Virus record (IMG/VR): IMGVR_UViG_3300042558_004148
Coordinates: 248,001 to 312,000 of that record
DNA: 64,000 nucleotides
Strand: one strand, 5' to 3'
The notes under the pieces were generated by a model. It had not been told where the DNA came from. It saw only the letters and a list, made by a program, of their open reading frames with translations, and searched no databases. Positions 29,294 to 41,783 of this stretch are shown piece by piece; within the stretch, counting starts at the first letter, position 1, and every line of letters begins with the position of its first letter. Position numbers and translations under genes: made by a program.

Positions 29294-29299
29294 GTTCTA

Positions 29300-30300
29300 T
29301 ATATCACGGTTGTCATTGGGCCTTTTCGGGGTAGATCTCCCAGAGGGCCCGGCCTCCAAATAGATTATACCAATAACAATACTAATACTAACAACCATGC
29401 CAATACCAATACTCATAGTACTACTAGAGAGAGTCCTAGAGAGAGTCATAGAGAGAGAAGAAGTACTAGATAGACTAGAGAGAAGAACCAATAACATATT
29501 CCGTATCACAGTAGACAAGTACATGAGCATAGACAAGTACATAGACATAGACACAAGCTTAGACATCATGTCCAACCTCATCCTATACTAGATAGAAACG
29601 ACCAGTAGCATAGACACGTACATACACATAGTAACAGACCCAAACCAAGACTTATACTAGAGAGGCATAGAGTGGTTCATAGAGAGAGAAGACAGAGAGA
29701 GAAAGGTCAACCAAACCCCTAGCCAATAGGCTTCATTAGAGAAGACCTTATAGATCCAACCGGATAGGCCCATTAACATAGTATGGTAGTAAGATACTAT
29801 GTGGGATAGTCCCCTGTCATTCGCGTTAAAAGGGCCCGTTTGCAAGCCCCTCTCCAGGGCTGAGCTACCACCCAGGGTGTATATACACGGATTTCTCGGA
29901 TGCCTCGTTTTCCCATCCACATACCCACGGTTTCCATGTGTCCAAGCCAATCTGGAAAAATGTGGTATATTGTGGTAAAAAGTGTGATTTTGGGCCGAGT
30001 TCACCCTGCCCCGGTTGGATCCCAAAAGACCCGCCTCGAAAACCGCCCCGTATGGTCCATTGAGCGGCCTTATTTCCTTGCCCCGCCTCAGCTTGGTCAG
30101 GATACCAAGGATTCCCAGATCCACCCGCCTATCTCTATGTGATTCCGTATGTGATTCCAGTCTTCATTCTCTCTCTATACACCTCGGACTATCTCTCTCT
30201 AGTATCCTCTTTAGTTCTCTCTCTTCTCTCTATAGTACTAGGAGACGGAACAGTATTAGATTTATTTATTTGGGGCCGGATTTTTCTGAGGGTTGGGGTT
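29300..30300. repeat. non-coding, quasi-symmetric low-complexity island (AG-rich arm / GC-rich core / TC-rich arm)
   Basis: TAGAGAGAG repeats on the left, CTCTCTCTA on the right, CCCGCCT repeats in the core. Confidence 0.7.
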
Positions 30301-30370
30301 AAGGTTAAGCTTCTGTTGCCCGCGGTGTTTCTCCCGTAGAGACGTGGATAATCCTGACGATATATAGAAC

Positions 30371-31150
30371 ATGAAACACATCAAACTATTCGAAGAACAT
30401 ATCCCAGGTGGCAGAGCCTCCGGGATGACCATAGACCAACTTGCTGCATCCCACGGTGTAGAAGTTGAAGACATCCATAAACAACTGGCGGTGGGCATTG
30501 AAGTTGAAATGGAACACACCACAGATAGAGAGAAGGCCGAGGAGATTGCGATGGATCACGTATCTGAAGATCCCCAGTACTACACCAAGCTAATCCAGAA
30601 AGGGATAGCGGACGAACCCTCAGCGATCAAGAAGTTCAAAGAGCTTTATGAGGGAGACTGGTTCGATTCACATCCAGACCATCCAGCTAACCAAGAGGAC
30701 GCTAGAACTAAGATGGAGGTTGACTACCCATCTGCTAAGACCAAGTTTACAGGGTTCGCTAACCTACACATATCGGATCAGCTTGGTATCCTAGTAGGTA
30801 AGCCCGAGGTAGGCGGCGGGGTATGGGTAGTTAACACAGATGACCTACCCGAGGAATACCAATACTGTGTGGAGATCGGGGATGACGAATGGGAATGCGA
30901 GATAGCATCGGAATCGTTGGTTAACTACGCCACTGACCTATATGACGAGGGTGATAAGGGTGAAGGGTTAGCAGACTGGGAAGACGGGGTTAAGTTGGTT
31001 AAGGTTGACGAGGAGTTAAGGAACGAGTTGCTTGAATCATTCGAAAGATCTCTTAGACCTTCACACCGTTGGCAAGCCAGAACCAGAAGTAATGCAGTGA
31101 TCTCTTCTCTTAAACAAGTCATATGGGAGTTACCAAAGCTTCAATTATAA
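30371..31150 (+). CDS. CTS-like N-terminus protein (DUF5661-like domain)
   Basis: MKHIKLFEE; GIEVEMEHT...IAMDH..EDPQYYTKL. Confidence 0.65.
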   Translation: MKHIKLFEEHIPGGRASGMTIDQLAASHGVEVEDIHKQLAVGIEVEMEHTTDREKAEEIAMDHVSEDPQYYTKLIQKGIADEPSAIKKFKELYEGDWFDSHPDHPANQEDARTKMEVDYPSAKTKFTGFANLHISDQLGILVGKPEVGGGVWVVNTDDLPEEYQYCVEIGDDEWECEIASESLVNYATDLYDEGDKGEGLADWEDGVKLVKVDEELRNELLESFERSLRPSHRWQARTRSNAVISSLKQVIWELPKLQL

Positions 31151-31957
31151 TATCTGTTGTTAATAACATTTCAAACACCTCGGATTTCTCTTAGGTGTTT
31201 TTTTGTATCCCAACCTTTCCCCAATATAAAATTACGATATTTTCTCGAGATAAAAAAATAAAACGCCAATTATTTTTTATACCCATATACATACTATGGT
31301 CGTAACATACTATGTGCGGGCGTGTAATTTTTTTATCCCGGGATTTTTTATTATATTTGCTCTGATGAAATAAAATAATTTAATTTATTTCATATATAGA
31401 ACTATAACAAAAACTTTTTGATTTATGAAAAAACCCAACTGTTGTAAAAGAATATGTAATAGATCATTTAAAGAAGAAGGAAAGATATTGGTTGTTAGTC
31501 TTCTTCTGGTTTGGTTTCTATTAGCAATTCTAACCGAAGAACTTAATCCAGCCAAATGGCCATCGTTATTAAAGCCTCTACTCCTTATCCTAACTTCAGC
31601 GGTGTTCGGATACCTATCAGGTTCCAAACAACCAACCAATAAGTTACACACCAAAAAAGAAGACGAATAATTTTTTTATCTGAATCGGATTCGTTATCTT
31701 TGCCATGTAACCAAAAAAAGGCAAAGACATGAACTCAGTAGAATCATCAATCAAATCACAGTTAGCAACCCTTAAGTCTAACAAGAGCTATATTGCTCTC
31801 TCGCTACACCCACCCGTGGGATCATCTATTATTATGGCGGAAGGAAATCGTATGTTCATCAATGAAGGCCGTCAAGGTAAGTTTGATAATGTATCCGAAT
31901 CTTTTTACGATCAAATGGTAGATAAATATGATAGCAGAAACAAAAAAAGATAATCCA

Positions 31958-32575
31958 ATGAAAACAATTAAAACATTCGAATCATTCAAACAGGGCATAA
32001 GCTTTGAAGACCTATCGGATTCGGCCAAGGCTAACGCTATAGATAATGCTCGTAATATCAACGTGGATTATGACAGTTGGGCAGATCCTTATATAGAAGG
32101 CTTTGTCGAGGATATGGAAAAGGCTGGGGTTAGTGATGTTGAGGTTGAGTATTCAGGATTTTGGAGTCAAGGTGATGGAGCTTCTTTTACCGGGGTGGTT
32201 AGAGGAGACGAGGACAAATCAATATTGGTTAACAAAGAAATTGGTATGGCAGTTCCTAAAGAGGTCTTGGAGAACATTTATATCTCAATTAAAAAAACCG
32301 ATAGCAGATACTCACACAGTAATACTATGGTAGCCGAGGTGGAAGTTGATGGAGACGATGAGGTTGAGATTTATATCGGTCCGGATGTTAATGTGACTTT
32401 GGATGTTGAACAACAATGTGAATTGATACAACCTAAAGTAGAAGAATGGGCTAAAGGAAAAGCTGATGAGTTATACCGCAAATTAGAAAAGGCATACGAG
32501 GATCTATCTTCTGATGAATCTGTAACAGCAACCTTAATAGATTATGAATTTGATGCGGATGGTAATATCATATAA
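31958..32575 (+). CDS. CTS-like N-terminus protein, paralog of 33440-34039
   Basis: MKTIKTFESF; FEDLSDSAKANAI ... YEFDADG. Confidence 0.65.
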   Translation: MKTIKTFESFKQGISFEDLSDSAKANAIDNARNINVDYDSWADPYIEGFVEDMEKAGVSDVEVEYSGFWSQGDGASFTGVVRGDEDKSILVNKEIGMAVPKEVLENIYISIKKTDSRYSHSNTMVAEVEVDGDDEVEIYIGPDVNVTLDVEQQCELIQPKVEEWAKGKADELYRKLEKAYEDLSSDESVTATLIDYEFDADGNII

Positions 32576-32690
32576 CTAATCTCCCAACCCGAACATAATG
32601 TATTAAGAATCACGTCTCTCCGGCGTGATTTTTTTTATCCGCGGAGTTTGCATACATTTGTAGGAAGTTGAATACAAAAATAATTAGACG

Positions 32691-33365
32691 ATGGAAGACG
32701 AAGACAGCTTAGACGGATCAGCATATGCTAACTATCTCAGATATACCGATAAATGGGGACCTTCATTGAGCACAAATAACGATAACCGAGGCAGATCGAT
32801 GCTGGCTGATATTCGGCGATATACAGATCCTTATGAAGCTGCTGTAAGAGCTCAAGAAGAAATCGATGAGGTTGCTCGTACAGCACAAAGACCAGATCAT
32901 TTATATACAGATGGTAGGGTGTATACCTTGGAAGGATTGGGATATGCTATTCAGGAAATGGAACGAAACAGTACCTCCAAATATTACGAGAAAGAAAAGG
33001 AACCCGAGGTGGAACCGGATTCTAAATCATTAGAGATCGTTCTCAGAAGAATGAAACTCGGATTAAAGCCGTATGTATATGAGTACGAATTAGTTTCGGC
33101 TACTAATGATTTTATTTGTTGTGATATCGATGAATTTGATCCAGATAATGGTCGACATAAAATGGCTGAAACTGTACATTGGTTACACCCAAGAATATAC
33201 GAAAAGATAAAAGCCAAGTGTAAGGATATTCAGGAAGCAATGGATCTAATGGATAAGACAGAGCAAGAATATGCGGATAAGCGTGATGAAATTAAAACAA
33301 CAATAGCCTCACTTGTCGAGTCCACAAAAAATCTAGAAACAAAAGGCCACGACTTTATATTATAA
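32691..33365 (+). CDS. hypothetical early protein
   Basis: own promoter at ~32630. Confidence 0.6.
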   Translation: MEDEDSLDGSAYANYLRYTDKWGPSLSTNNDNRGRSMLADIRRYTDPYEAAVRAQEEIDEVARTAQRPDHLYTDGRVYTLEGLGYAIQEMERNSTSKYYEKEKEPEVEPDSKSLEIVLRRMKLGLKPYVYEYELVSATNDFICCDIDEFDPDNGRHKMAETVHWLHPRIYEKIKAKCKDIQEAMDLMDKTEQEYADKRDEIKTTIASLVESTKNLETKGHDFIL

Positions 33366-33439
33366 AAATTATTTTCGTTTTTATTTTTTTATCTGAAACT
33401 GAATGATTACCTTTACTTCATAATCAAACAACGGATATT

Positions 33440-34039
33440 ATGAGATCATTAAACCTTTACAATTTTTCAGAGCTATCAGAGGAGGCTAAGAAAAGAGCAA
33501 TTCTAGATTATAAAGAGGAGATGGAGGAGAACGAACAACAAGAGGCATTCAGATGGGCTATTGATGATTGTGCCTTATTCGAACCCGAACATAATGAACT
33601 TGTTGCTGTGGTTGGTGACGACTACTACGATAGAAATGGCGGATTCATTATGGAGAATGGAAGAAAGGGTATAGAGATATCGGATTATTCTTGTATCAAT
33701 ATTAAAGATGCACTTACCATAACAAACTCCACGATGTTTCTTAAATGGTTAGGCGTACCAGATATGTTCATTAATAAGGTTGAGTATGAAATATCAGATA
33801 CAACCACAACCACAGAAATTGAAATGGTTCACAATAGGCTAATGGGTGATCCACTTGCAGATGCTCTAACAGGTATTCTTACTCAAGCCGAATCTAAATT
33901 TGCAAATCATATCAATGTGATTAAACGCCGAATAGATTCTGGAATAGAGGAATACTTCTCAGATGATAATATCATAGATAGGCTGGCAGAGGATGAAGAG
34001 GTAGAATTCACAGAGGACGGAATTCTTTGGAATAGTTAA
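33440..34039 (+). CDS. hypothetical early protein
   Basis: FSELSEEAKKRAI ... VEFTEDG; own promoter. Confidence 0.65.
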   Translation: MRSLNLYNFSELSEEAKKRAILDYKEEMEENEQQEAFRWAIDDCALFEPEHNELVAVVGDDYYDRNGGFIMENGRKGIEISDYSCINIKDALTITNSTMFLKWLGVPDMFINKVEYEISDTTTTTEIEMVHNRLMGDPLADALTGILTQAESKFANHINVIKRRIDSGIEEYFSDDNIIDRLAEDEEVEFTEDGILWNS

Positions 34040-35849
34040 AAGGTTAAAGGTAAATAAAAACAAAAATCAAACAATTTAAAATTTAGAAATCATGACAGTA
34101 GAAAACACAAATCGTACATTGGAGCAATTAGTAGCGGACTTCAAAGCTTCAGAAGGCAACTTCACAGCATTCAACGAAGGTATGAATGAAGAGGAGAGAG
34201 CGATCTTCAAAGATTGGTTAGCAGATATGAGAGCTCCAATGGTGTAAAAAGAGGTTGACATGATGGAATTTTTCCTTATTTCTGAACTAGAATAAATACA
34301 TTGTAAACATTCAATTATGGGAGCTATTAGATTTATTTGTAAAACAGACACAAAAGCAAATCACAATGAGATCAAGAACATGACCTACATTGCGGGAGGA
34401 GCTATAGTAAGGGAGAAGATCTATAGAGATACGAGCACTAACTTTGAGAGTGAAATGGAAATCGTTTCTGAGGGAGGTACATTATACCGTCAAGTAAAGG
34501 AACTGGAGCTGGGAAAGAGTGTTTATATTTTAGAATAATTAAATATTATGTACGAGGACGACGAAGAAGAAGAATTTGGTCTAGGTGAGCAATTAAGAAA
34601 TCAAGCCAACGAGTTTGCTAAGAAACTTGCTGCACAATCCAAAAAGGAATTTATCGATGGATGTTATACCGCATACGATATGCTTGTTGCTAAAGGTGGA
34701 AGTGCATTGGACGACGGTGATATGGAAGCAATAGGAAAGGCAATAAATAGAATGACAACTCTCTTCATTCACCGTGAGGAGTATGAAAGATGTAAATTTC
34801 TAGCCGACTTTGTTGCTAACTATATGCCAGAACATGTTATAACTCAAGAGGAGGAAATCATAAATAATCTATAACCACTTATTATGGCCATAGGAAAGAA
34901 ATCATCAAGAGGAGAATTTAAAGGATCAAGAACAATCAAATCCATGGGATGTAAGTACTGTGGTGAAAAGGTCCATAACGTAGACGAAAAAGTCGATGCA
35001 GTTACCTGTTATAAATGTGTAATGAAATTATGTGCAGGTATACAATTAAAAATTAAACAACAATAATGGATCCAAGAACCGAACAACTACTACAGGACTA
35101 CAGAAAATCAGTAGAGAAGTTAGCCCGAGGTGCTTACCTTCAAGCATTAGCTCTGAAGAAGGAGTTAGATAATAGTGCAATTAATCCGGAAGACAAACAC
35201 AAGTTACTTCTACATTGCATTAATCTGCTTATAACAGAACAACCACAGAAATGAAAAATTCAGAATGGGACAGAGATCTAGTTGCTAGTATAATCACGGA
35301 CTATATTAGGAAACATGGGGAAGCTAATATCGAAGAGATAAGAAAGATCTTAATGGAATCAGGAATAGAGGCCTCGACTGCGGTTATCGAATCTAGGGTT
35401 AAAATGTACTTAGATAAGAATGAGGTTAAAGGAAATGGTTAGAACCATAACTAAAAGGTATGTGGTGTGGTCCAGAACGAGAAGTGTTGGAGGACGTATC
35501 TACAGAGACGAAGCAAGAGATTCGAGAAGAGGTTATCAGAGAAGGATGAAGACCGAGGTGTTAGACGATCTGATTCGTAGCTGGGAGATCGGAGAGATAA
35601 AGCCTCCGACCGAACAGGAAAGATTTGATATACTTAATATCGGCGGAAGACTTAGCTGGAAATTTTTAGAAACACTCCAAAAAAAATATAGAGCAGAGAA
35701 TATATAGATTCATAAGCCCAATTAAAAGATTAGAAGCAGCATCGTTTATTCGTACTGCTTCTTTTTTTGTAAATAGTTTTCGTTTTATTTTTTTATCTGT
35801 AGGTAATGCATTACTTTAGCGTTATACAAAAACATAAACCAATAAACAT

Positions 35850-36641
35850 ATGGAAATAGCAGTAGTAATTTTATTAGTATTAGTATTAGCTCTATTATTA
35901 TTCATAGCGAATATTATCGGTAAGCTGGGTTCTGAAAGAGAAATAGGGTATTCAACCCCATTTTGGATTAGTCTTCTATTTACACCACTGATAGGTATTC
36001 TTATAGTTATAGCATCCAGACCACTTACGATGGTTGATAAGAAAGTAATAACTGTTAAGAATATTGAAAGAGGTCCTCTCCTAAGTAACCTTAGATCATC
36101 GCTAAAGATTACAGCTGGAGTTTTAGTACTTAGCATTATCGCATTCATCATATCAGCAATACTGATATTGGCGTTGGGAGAATCATCAAGTGGGTTCATC
36201 ATGTACAACCCTTTCGTTAACGGATTCATGCATTCATCATTCGGTCACTTGGGTAGCAATATACTAAATGTTTTCCTACTATGCTTAGCGGACATTAATG
36301 CAATATACACACTAAAGAGATTCTATTGGACGGCGGTCATATTATCCGCAGTATACCTACCATTAGCATTATTGGGAATTGCATCACCCGTAGTTGGAAT
36401 CTCAGGAGTGGTTTACTTTTTAGCCTCCAGGTTCTTTATAACTAATAGTGCAACAGCAGCATGGATAAGATGGGTTGGATACATATTATATGGTCTTGTT
36501 ATCTTGGGAGAGATGAGTATGCTGGGTAACTCAGATAACGTTGCACATCTTTTCCACCTATTCGGTGCGGCATTAGGAGCAGTAACGGTATTGCCGATAA
36601 ATAGATGTATTCCAAATAAAATAAACAAAATAATTAACTAA
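35850..36641 (+). CDS. rhomboid-family intramembrane serine protease
   Basis: FMHSSFGHLGSN, GISG, HLFGAALG and multiple TM segments. Confidence 0.75.
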   Translation: MEIAVVILLVLVLALLLFIANIIGKLGSEREIGYSTPFWISLLFTPLIGILIVIASRPLTMVDKKVITVKNIERGPLLSNLRSSLKITAGVLVLSIIAFIISAILILALGESSSGFIMYNPFVNGFMHSSFGHLGSNILNVFLLCLADINAIYTLKRFYWTAVILSAVYLPLALLGIASPVVGISGVVYFLASRFFITNSATAAWIRWVGYILYGLVILGEMSMLGNSDNVAHLFHLFGAALGAVTVLPINRCIPNKINKIIN

Positions 36642-36642
36642 T

Positions 36643-37798
36643 ATGAAATTCTACGGTATAGCAGATTCACATGGATTGGAATCATTTAATCCAGAAACAT
36701 ACAATTCGGATACAGAAAGATTCGAAAGTGATACGAGAGCTCTTTCCATCATGGGATTAAGAGCAAATGCAAACAGACATCGACATGCGGTTGTCTATCA
36801 GGCAGACCTAGATCCAGAAGGGGTTAAGGAGATTAATGCACTCTTAAAGGCCGGTGAATATTCAGAGGCTCTAGTGAAACTAAAGGAGGTTGCAAAGAGT
36901 ATAAGTTTAATGAGATCACCTGGAGCGGAAAAGAGCTGGAAGCTTATTCCTAACGAGGACTTGGATCCATACAGTTAATCATCAATCATCAATCAGTAAC
37001 AACAAACAATATGAGTCTACACGTAACAGACAATTTCAGAACAAACCCTCTTAGCTTAAAACCAGGTGGCTATGAGGTAACGGTTAACCACGAAGGTGGT
37101 AAGTCATTCATATATGACAAGATTAAAAAACCAGGTAGTTACATCAAACGTATATCTAATGATAACGGACACGGAAGAATCATGGAGATTCTAATCGACG
37201 GTAAAACTGTATGGCAACTTGGCGTGCATGATTATGAACCCTGGGATAATCTAGATTAATATGAAGAAGTTCACATCAGTGCTTAAGTCATTAAGTAAAG
37301 GTAAGATAGAAGGAAATTCTTTACCCACGGTGTTATTGCTTCTTGTATCCGGAGCATCAATCATCGTAGCAATGCCTCTTCTTCTAGTTTGGGGATTACA
37401 GTTAATCGGATTACCCGTAGAAATTAGTTTATCATCATGGTTAGGAGCAGTGTTAGTTTTCTTCTTTATTAAACTGGCATCGGCAAACAATGATAACCCA
37501 TCACAAAACAATAAATCTCAGGATAATGAAAACAACATCTCTCTATAAGAATCAGACCAAGATGGTCGAATCGATATCTCTTCGTACAAGGTTGAGTATC
37601 CTTGTGGAGGATGCTGAGACACCAGACCTAATAGCATTAGGAAATCTAATGTTAAATAAGGATTGGGACGAAAAGGATATTGAGATGGATTTGGGATCTA
37701 CCGCGATAGAAGCGCTATTAGATGAGATCGAAAATGCTGATCATCAAAAGGTTGATTCAATCTATAAGAACCTAGTAGAACAGGGTGTAAGAATTTAG
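36643..37798 (+). other. four hypothetical genes (36643, 37011, 37261, ~37526)
   Basis: co-oriented ORFs following the rhomboid gene. Confidence 0.55.
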
Positions 37799-38227
37799 CA
37801 TCAAAAACGGAACAAATTAACGTTAAGTTGATAATATATACATCTCTCATCCGACCATTTCGAGTTGGATTCTACATATATTGAAATCTTGAGGTTCCAT
37901 CATGTTACCTCAAGATTTTTTTTTGTAACCTAATCACAATTACATATGTCACCTAAGAAACCACAAAAGATTATGTGCGGATCATGCACCGAAGAATTCG
38001 AAGAATCAAAGATTCAAATGGTAACACTTCCAATTAATCCGTCGTCCGATAAGAATGGATTCTATTACCGTAACCTTTGCGATAAGTGTGAGAAAGATCC
38101 TTTCTATGCAAATCGGATCGTAGACAGACAAGCACCTCGGAAACTAGGTAGGTAAAAAAATGTTATGAATAATTTTTTTATCTGAACCGTTATATTTACT
38201 TTTACATCATAACCAAAAACAAATAAC

Positions 38228-39250
38228 ATGGGATTAGATATAAGAGCGGTAAGCAAAATCGAGATAGAACAATCGGATGAGATTAAAGCCATGAGACGTA
38301 GACTATTCATCGGTGGTGGTGAGGAGGAAGTGGTCACATTGGATCATGTTCTTAGAAAGCATGCTGAATACTCAATGCACACTCAAGATATGGAGGAAGG
38401 TACATATTACGAAACTTCAGAATCCAAGTCTGAGTCTATTAGTTTTAGTTATGGCGGATATAATGGGTTTAGAAATGAAATATCATTAGCACTTATAGGT
38501 GCACCTGCAAAAGAAGTTTGGACTAACGAACAATACTACAAAGAATCTCCAGCATATAAGTTAATTAACTTCAGTGACTGTGAGGGTTTATTTGGACCTA
38601 CAGTGTCTAAGGAGATTCACGAACAACTTGTTGCTAATAGAGATAAGTATGCTGAATATATAGGAGAGAGGGAAGAAGTTTATCCATTATCAACTTATGA
38701 TAAGTTAATCAAAATCTTTGAATTGGGAGCTGATGAGGGAATAATTATGTTTCATTAATTTTTTATCCCGATAAAATTAATTATATTTGTACTATGGAAA
38801 AATCACAAGAGCCGATGGATTATGAAAGAGCTAAAAAAATATTAGATTCTTGTAACAATTCAGTACAGATTGATGCCGCAATTGAGTATTTTAATCTGTA
38901 CATTTCTAAATGTAAAGACACAGCATCCGATGAGGCTATAAATGAGATGAACGAAGATTTTTCTCTTCTAGTGTCGGTTAAGATGCTTGAATTAAACCCA
39001 GGAATATAATATGAACATTGTTAAGATAGAAGTACAAACGGTACTTAATGAGAATGAAGACTTTGATAGGTTATTTTTCGAGTACCTTGATGAGTATTCA
39101 ATAGATCACAAAGTACTTGAATCTGAAGAGAAATATCCGATGGTTGAATTCTCCGGAGGTGTTATAGCATTAACCAATATGCTTAAGGAAAGATTCGGAT
39201 ACACAAGAAATGAAATTGAGGAAACATTCCCAGAATTGGTAATAGAATAA
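38228..39250 (+). other. three hypothetical early genes (38228, 38794, 39011)
   Basis: promoters at 38172 and 38757; terminator ~39275-39310. Confidence 0.6.
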
Positions 39251-39359
39251 TTTGTTTGGTTAGGTTGGTTATAGAAAAAAGGTCTGATGTAATGTCAGAC
39301 CTTTTTTTATGTGTGAAGTAAAATGATTAAATGCATGAAGATGCGTGTAAACACCGTGG

Positions 39360-40181
39360 TTATCTAAGGTTGGTTAGCACCTTTGCTAATTCTTCATTTG
39401 ATAGATTAAGATCCTTACCACTTACTGCTTTTGCTATACCTGATAATATACTACTAACAAATCCTCTGGCTGGTTCTGCCGAGAATCCAACCACACTATC
39501 ACTAGGTAAACTTGATGAATCAGGAACCGGGGTGTTTGGGATGGAACCAAGTCTTCCACCAATTCCCCCAGCGCTCTTTATTAAATCATCTTCAAATGCA
39601 GGTGTTCTTGATGTTTTAAAATAATCAATGAATCCGAATATGTTTTTATCCGTTATCTTTCTAACATTAACACCAACTCTATCACCTTCTCCTGATTTCT
39701 GATCACTCGTATTACCTTCTATTGTAGTAAAAGTTTTCTTAGCAGGATCCACACTAATAACTATTCCTGTATGTCCAAGTCCTTTACCACCAGCTCTACT
39801 CATCATAAATATCTGTCCTGGTCTAAGAAGATTGATGTCTTTCCTTACTTGGTCTACAGTTATCTTTAAATCTGCTGGTGCTTTATCCCAGTGATACTTT
39901 ACACCGCCGGTCTTAGGTAATGGATTGGTAGCTCCTAGTTTCTTAGAGAATTCATCAAACACATAATACACAAATGCCATGCACCATGGTAAACCTTCTT
40001 TCAATCCAACACTGGCGAGATATTTCTTTATCTCCACACCTTTATTGCTTCCGCTAGGTTCTTCCTGTACATTTCTATTCTTAGCTAGTATATCGGTTAA
40101 TGCATCACCAGCAGCTTCAGGGTTACTTAAAGGTATCTGTGCCTCTGCCAGAAATTCGGAGAATGATTTTAATTTTTCCAT
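39360..40181 (-). CDS. CHAP-domain peptidoglycan hydrolase with CTS-like N-terminus
   Basis: MEKLKSFSEFLAEA; PWCMAFV...GHTGIV...TIEGNT. Confidence 0.8.
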   Translation of the reverse strand: MEKLKSFSEFLAEAQIPLSNPEAAGDALTDILAKNRNVQEEPSGSNKGVEIKKYLASVGLKEGLPWCMAFVYYVFDEFSKKLGATNPLPKTGGVKYHWDKAPADLKITVDQVRKDINLLRPGQIFMMSRAGGKGLGHTGIVISVDPAKKTFTTIEGNTSDQKSGEGDRVGVNVRKITDKNIFGFIDYFKTSRTPAFEDDLIKSAGGIGGRLGSIPNTPVPDSSSLPSDSVVGFSAEPARGFVSSILSGIAKAVSGKDLNLSNEELAKVLTNLR

Positions 40182-40839
40182 AATTTATTAGTATTCACTA
40201 TATATCAAAAAAAATTGGGGTATTATTTTTTTATCTGAGTTGGTCTACTTATATTTGCTTAGTAATTAAAAACAAACAATCATGGCACAAAAAGAAACAC
40301 ACATACTAATAGCTACTGGAGGATCTCTCAATGATGAGGTAAGAGTGGAAATGATCGTTATTGATGAATCAAATATGGAAGAGGATGAATTTGATGACTT
40401 CGGAGAATATGCAGACTACCTAATAGATGACGCGGTAGGAGAATATGAACAAGGATTCTGTAAGGTTCTAGTCATCAATGAATCTCAATTACCCAACTTG
40501 CTAAATGCTTTGGTGAGTTAGCAAAAATGCAAAAAGTAACCGATTAAAATTTTAATATATGTTTTTACTAGTAAATTGTAATGTCGATGGAGACACCTAT
40601 CAAATGTTTAATGATGCTGATGAAGCTAAATCAGCATTCGATAAAGCATGTGATGGTATGTTCACTGAACGTGTTGTCCTAATGAAACCGAATGATGAAG
40701 GTAAAAGATTTGGCTTTGGTTCCCAAGGTGATGTCTTTGGTGCTGAAGTAGTATTCGAATTCGAAACTCATGAGATGGCAGATTAATCCAGACCTCATCA
40801 TACAAAAAACCCCAGATTCTTTATGAGTCTGGGGTTTTT

Positions 40840-41667
40840 TTATGCGATTACTTGATTAGTCCAATCACCAACATTTAATGATGCCCAATCACCACCTAAT
40901 AACTTTTTGAATCCTTTAACCTGTGAAGCTAACAACTTAATACCAGCTTCTGCATTTCTATCTGCATTTGCCCAATCTTTACCAACTGCTATTGTCTTAC
41001 CACCGTAGTTACTGTTAGGTTGGATTGCATAAAGACCTTTATATGTTGAATTACCTGCCTTAGGATTAAGACCAGATTCAATCATTGCAACGGTGACAGC
41101 AAAGTCAAAAGGTACAGAGTATTGGATACTGTATTTTTGAATTGCTTCTTTAACCGCAGCATTAGCGGGTTTTTCTATTTCCGTCATAGCCTGCTTTTGC
41201 TTAGCAAACCATTTCTCTTTCCAAGTATTCATGAATAAAGCTGATGCAGTTTTCTCATCACCGTTGTCTAGTGCTTTAATGACGTCAGCTTTAACCTGAG
41301 GCTTATCACTCGGTATGTTCTTAACAATGTTTGCGTATTTAACACCACCTTTAGTTTTAACCGTATCGGAAGCTAAGTTGCCTGTTCCGTTTAATGCCTT
41401 AACTAAACCAGCTGCACCTGCAGGTCCTTGCTGATGTTGAAGGTAGATAGCAAAGTCATCATTACCAGCAACTGGATTAAATTTCTTTGCACTGTATCCG
41501 GACACCGTCGAATCTATAGTAGCATTGGTTGCTTCAGCTCCAGCTTTTTCAGCTCTTGCTTTTTCTTCCTTAGCCCTTGCTTCCAATTCAGCCTGACCTA
41601 TTGCCATAGCAATAATACCCATGTTATTCTCGTTGATATATTCGTTGAATGATTTTATCTTTCCCAT
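40840..41667 (-). CDS. lytic transglycosylase (SLT-like) with CTS-like N-terminus
   Basis: MGKIKSFNEYINE; VAMIESGLNPKA...KGLYAI. Confidence 0.7.
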   Translation of the reverse strand: MGKIKSFNEYINENNMGIIAMAIGQAELEARAKEEKARAEKAGAEATNATIDSTVSGYSAKKFNPVAGNDDFAIYLQHQQGPAGAAGLVKALNGTGNLASDTVKTKGGVKYANIVKNIPSDKPQVKADVIKALDNGDEKTASALFMNTWKEKWFAKQKQAMTEIEKPANAAVKEAIQKYSIQYSVPFDFAVTVAMIESGLNPKAGNSTYKGLYAIQPNSNYGGKTIAVGKDWANADRNAEAGIKLLASQVKGFKKLLGGDWASLNVGDWTNQVIA

Positions 41668-41783
41668 TATTACTATACAGTTTTTATTTATATTGTATAT
41701 ATCCGAAAAAAATTCATCAATTATTTTTTTATCTAAGGAAGGTTTCTTATATTTGCTTTATAATCAAAAACAAACAAAAAGAT

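Noticed and set aside
29285-30339. ORF-track proteins in the low-complexity island (29285, 29297, 29397, 29657, 29900, 30015, 30139)
   Set aside because: Repetitive Ser/Leu/Arg-rich translations of dinucleotide tracts on both strands, with no leader or promoter.
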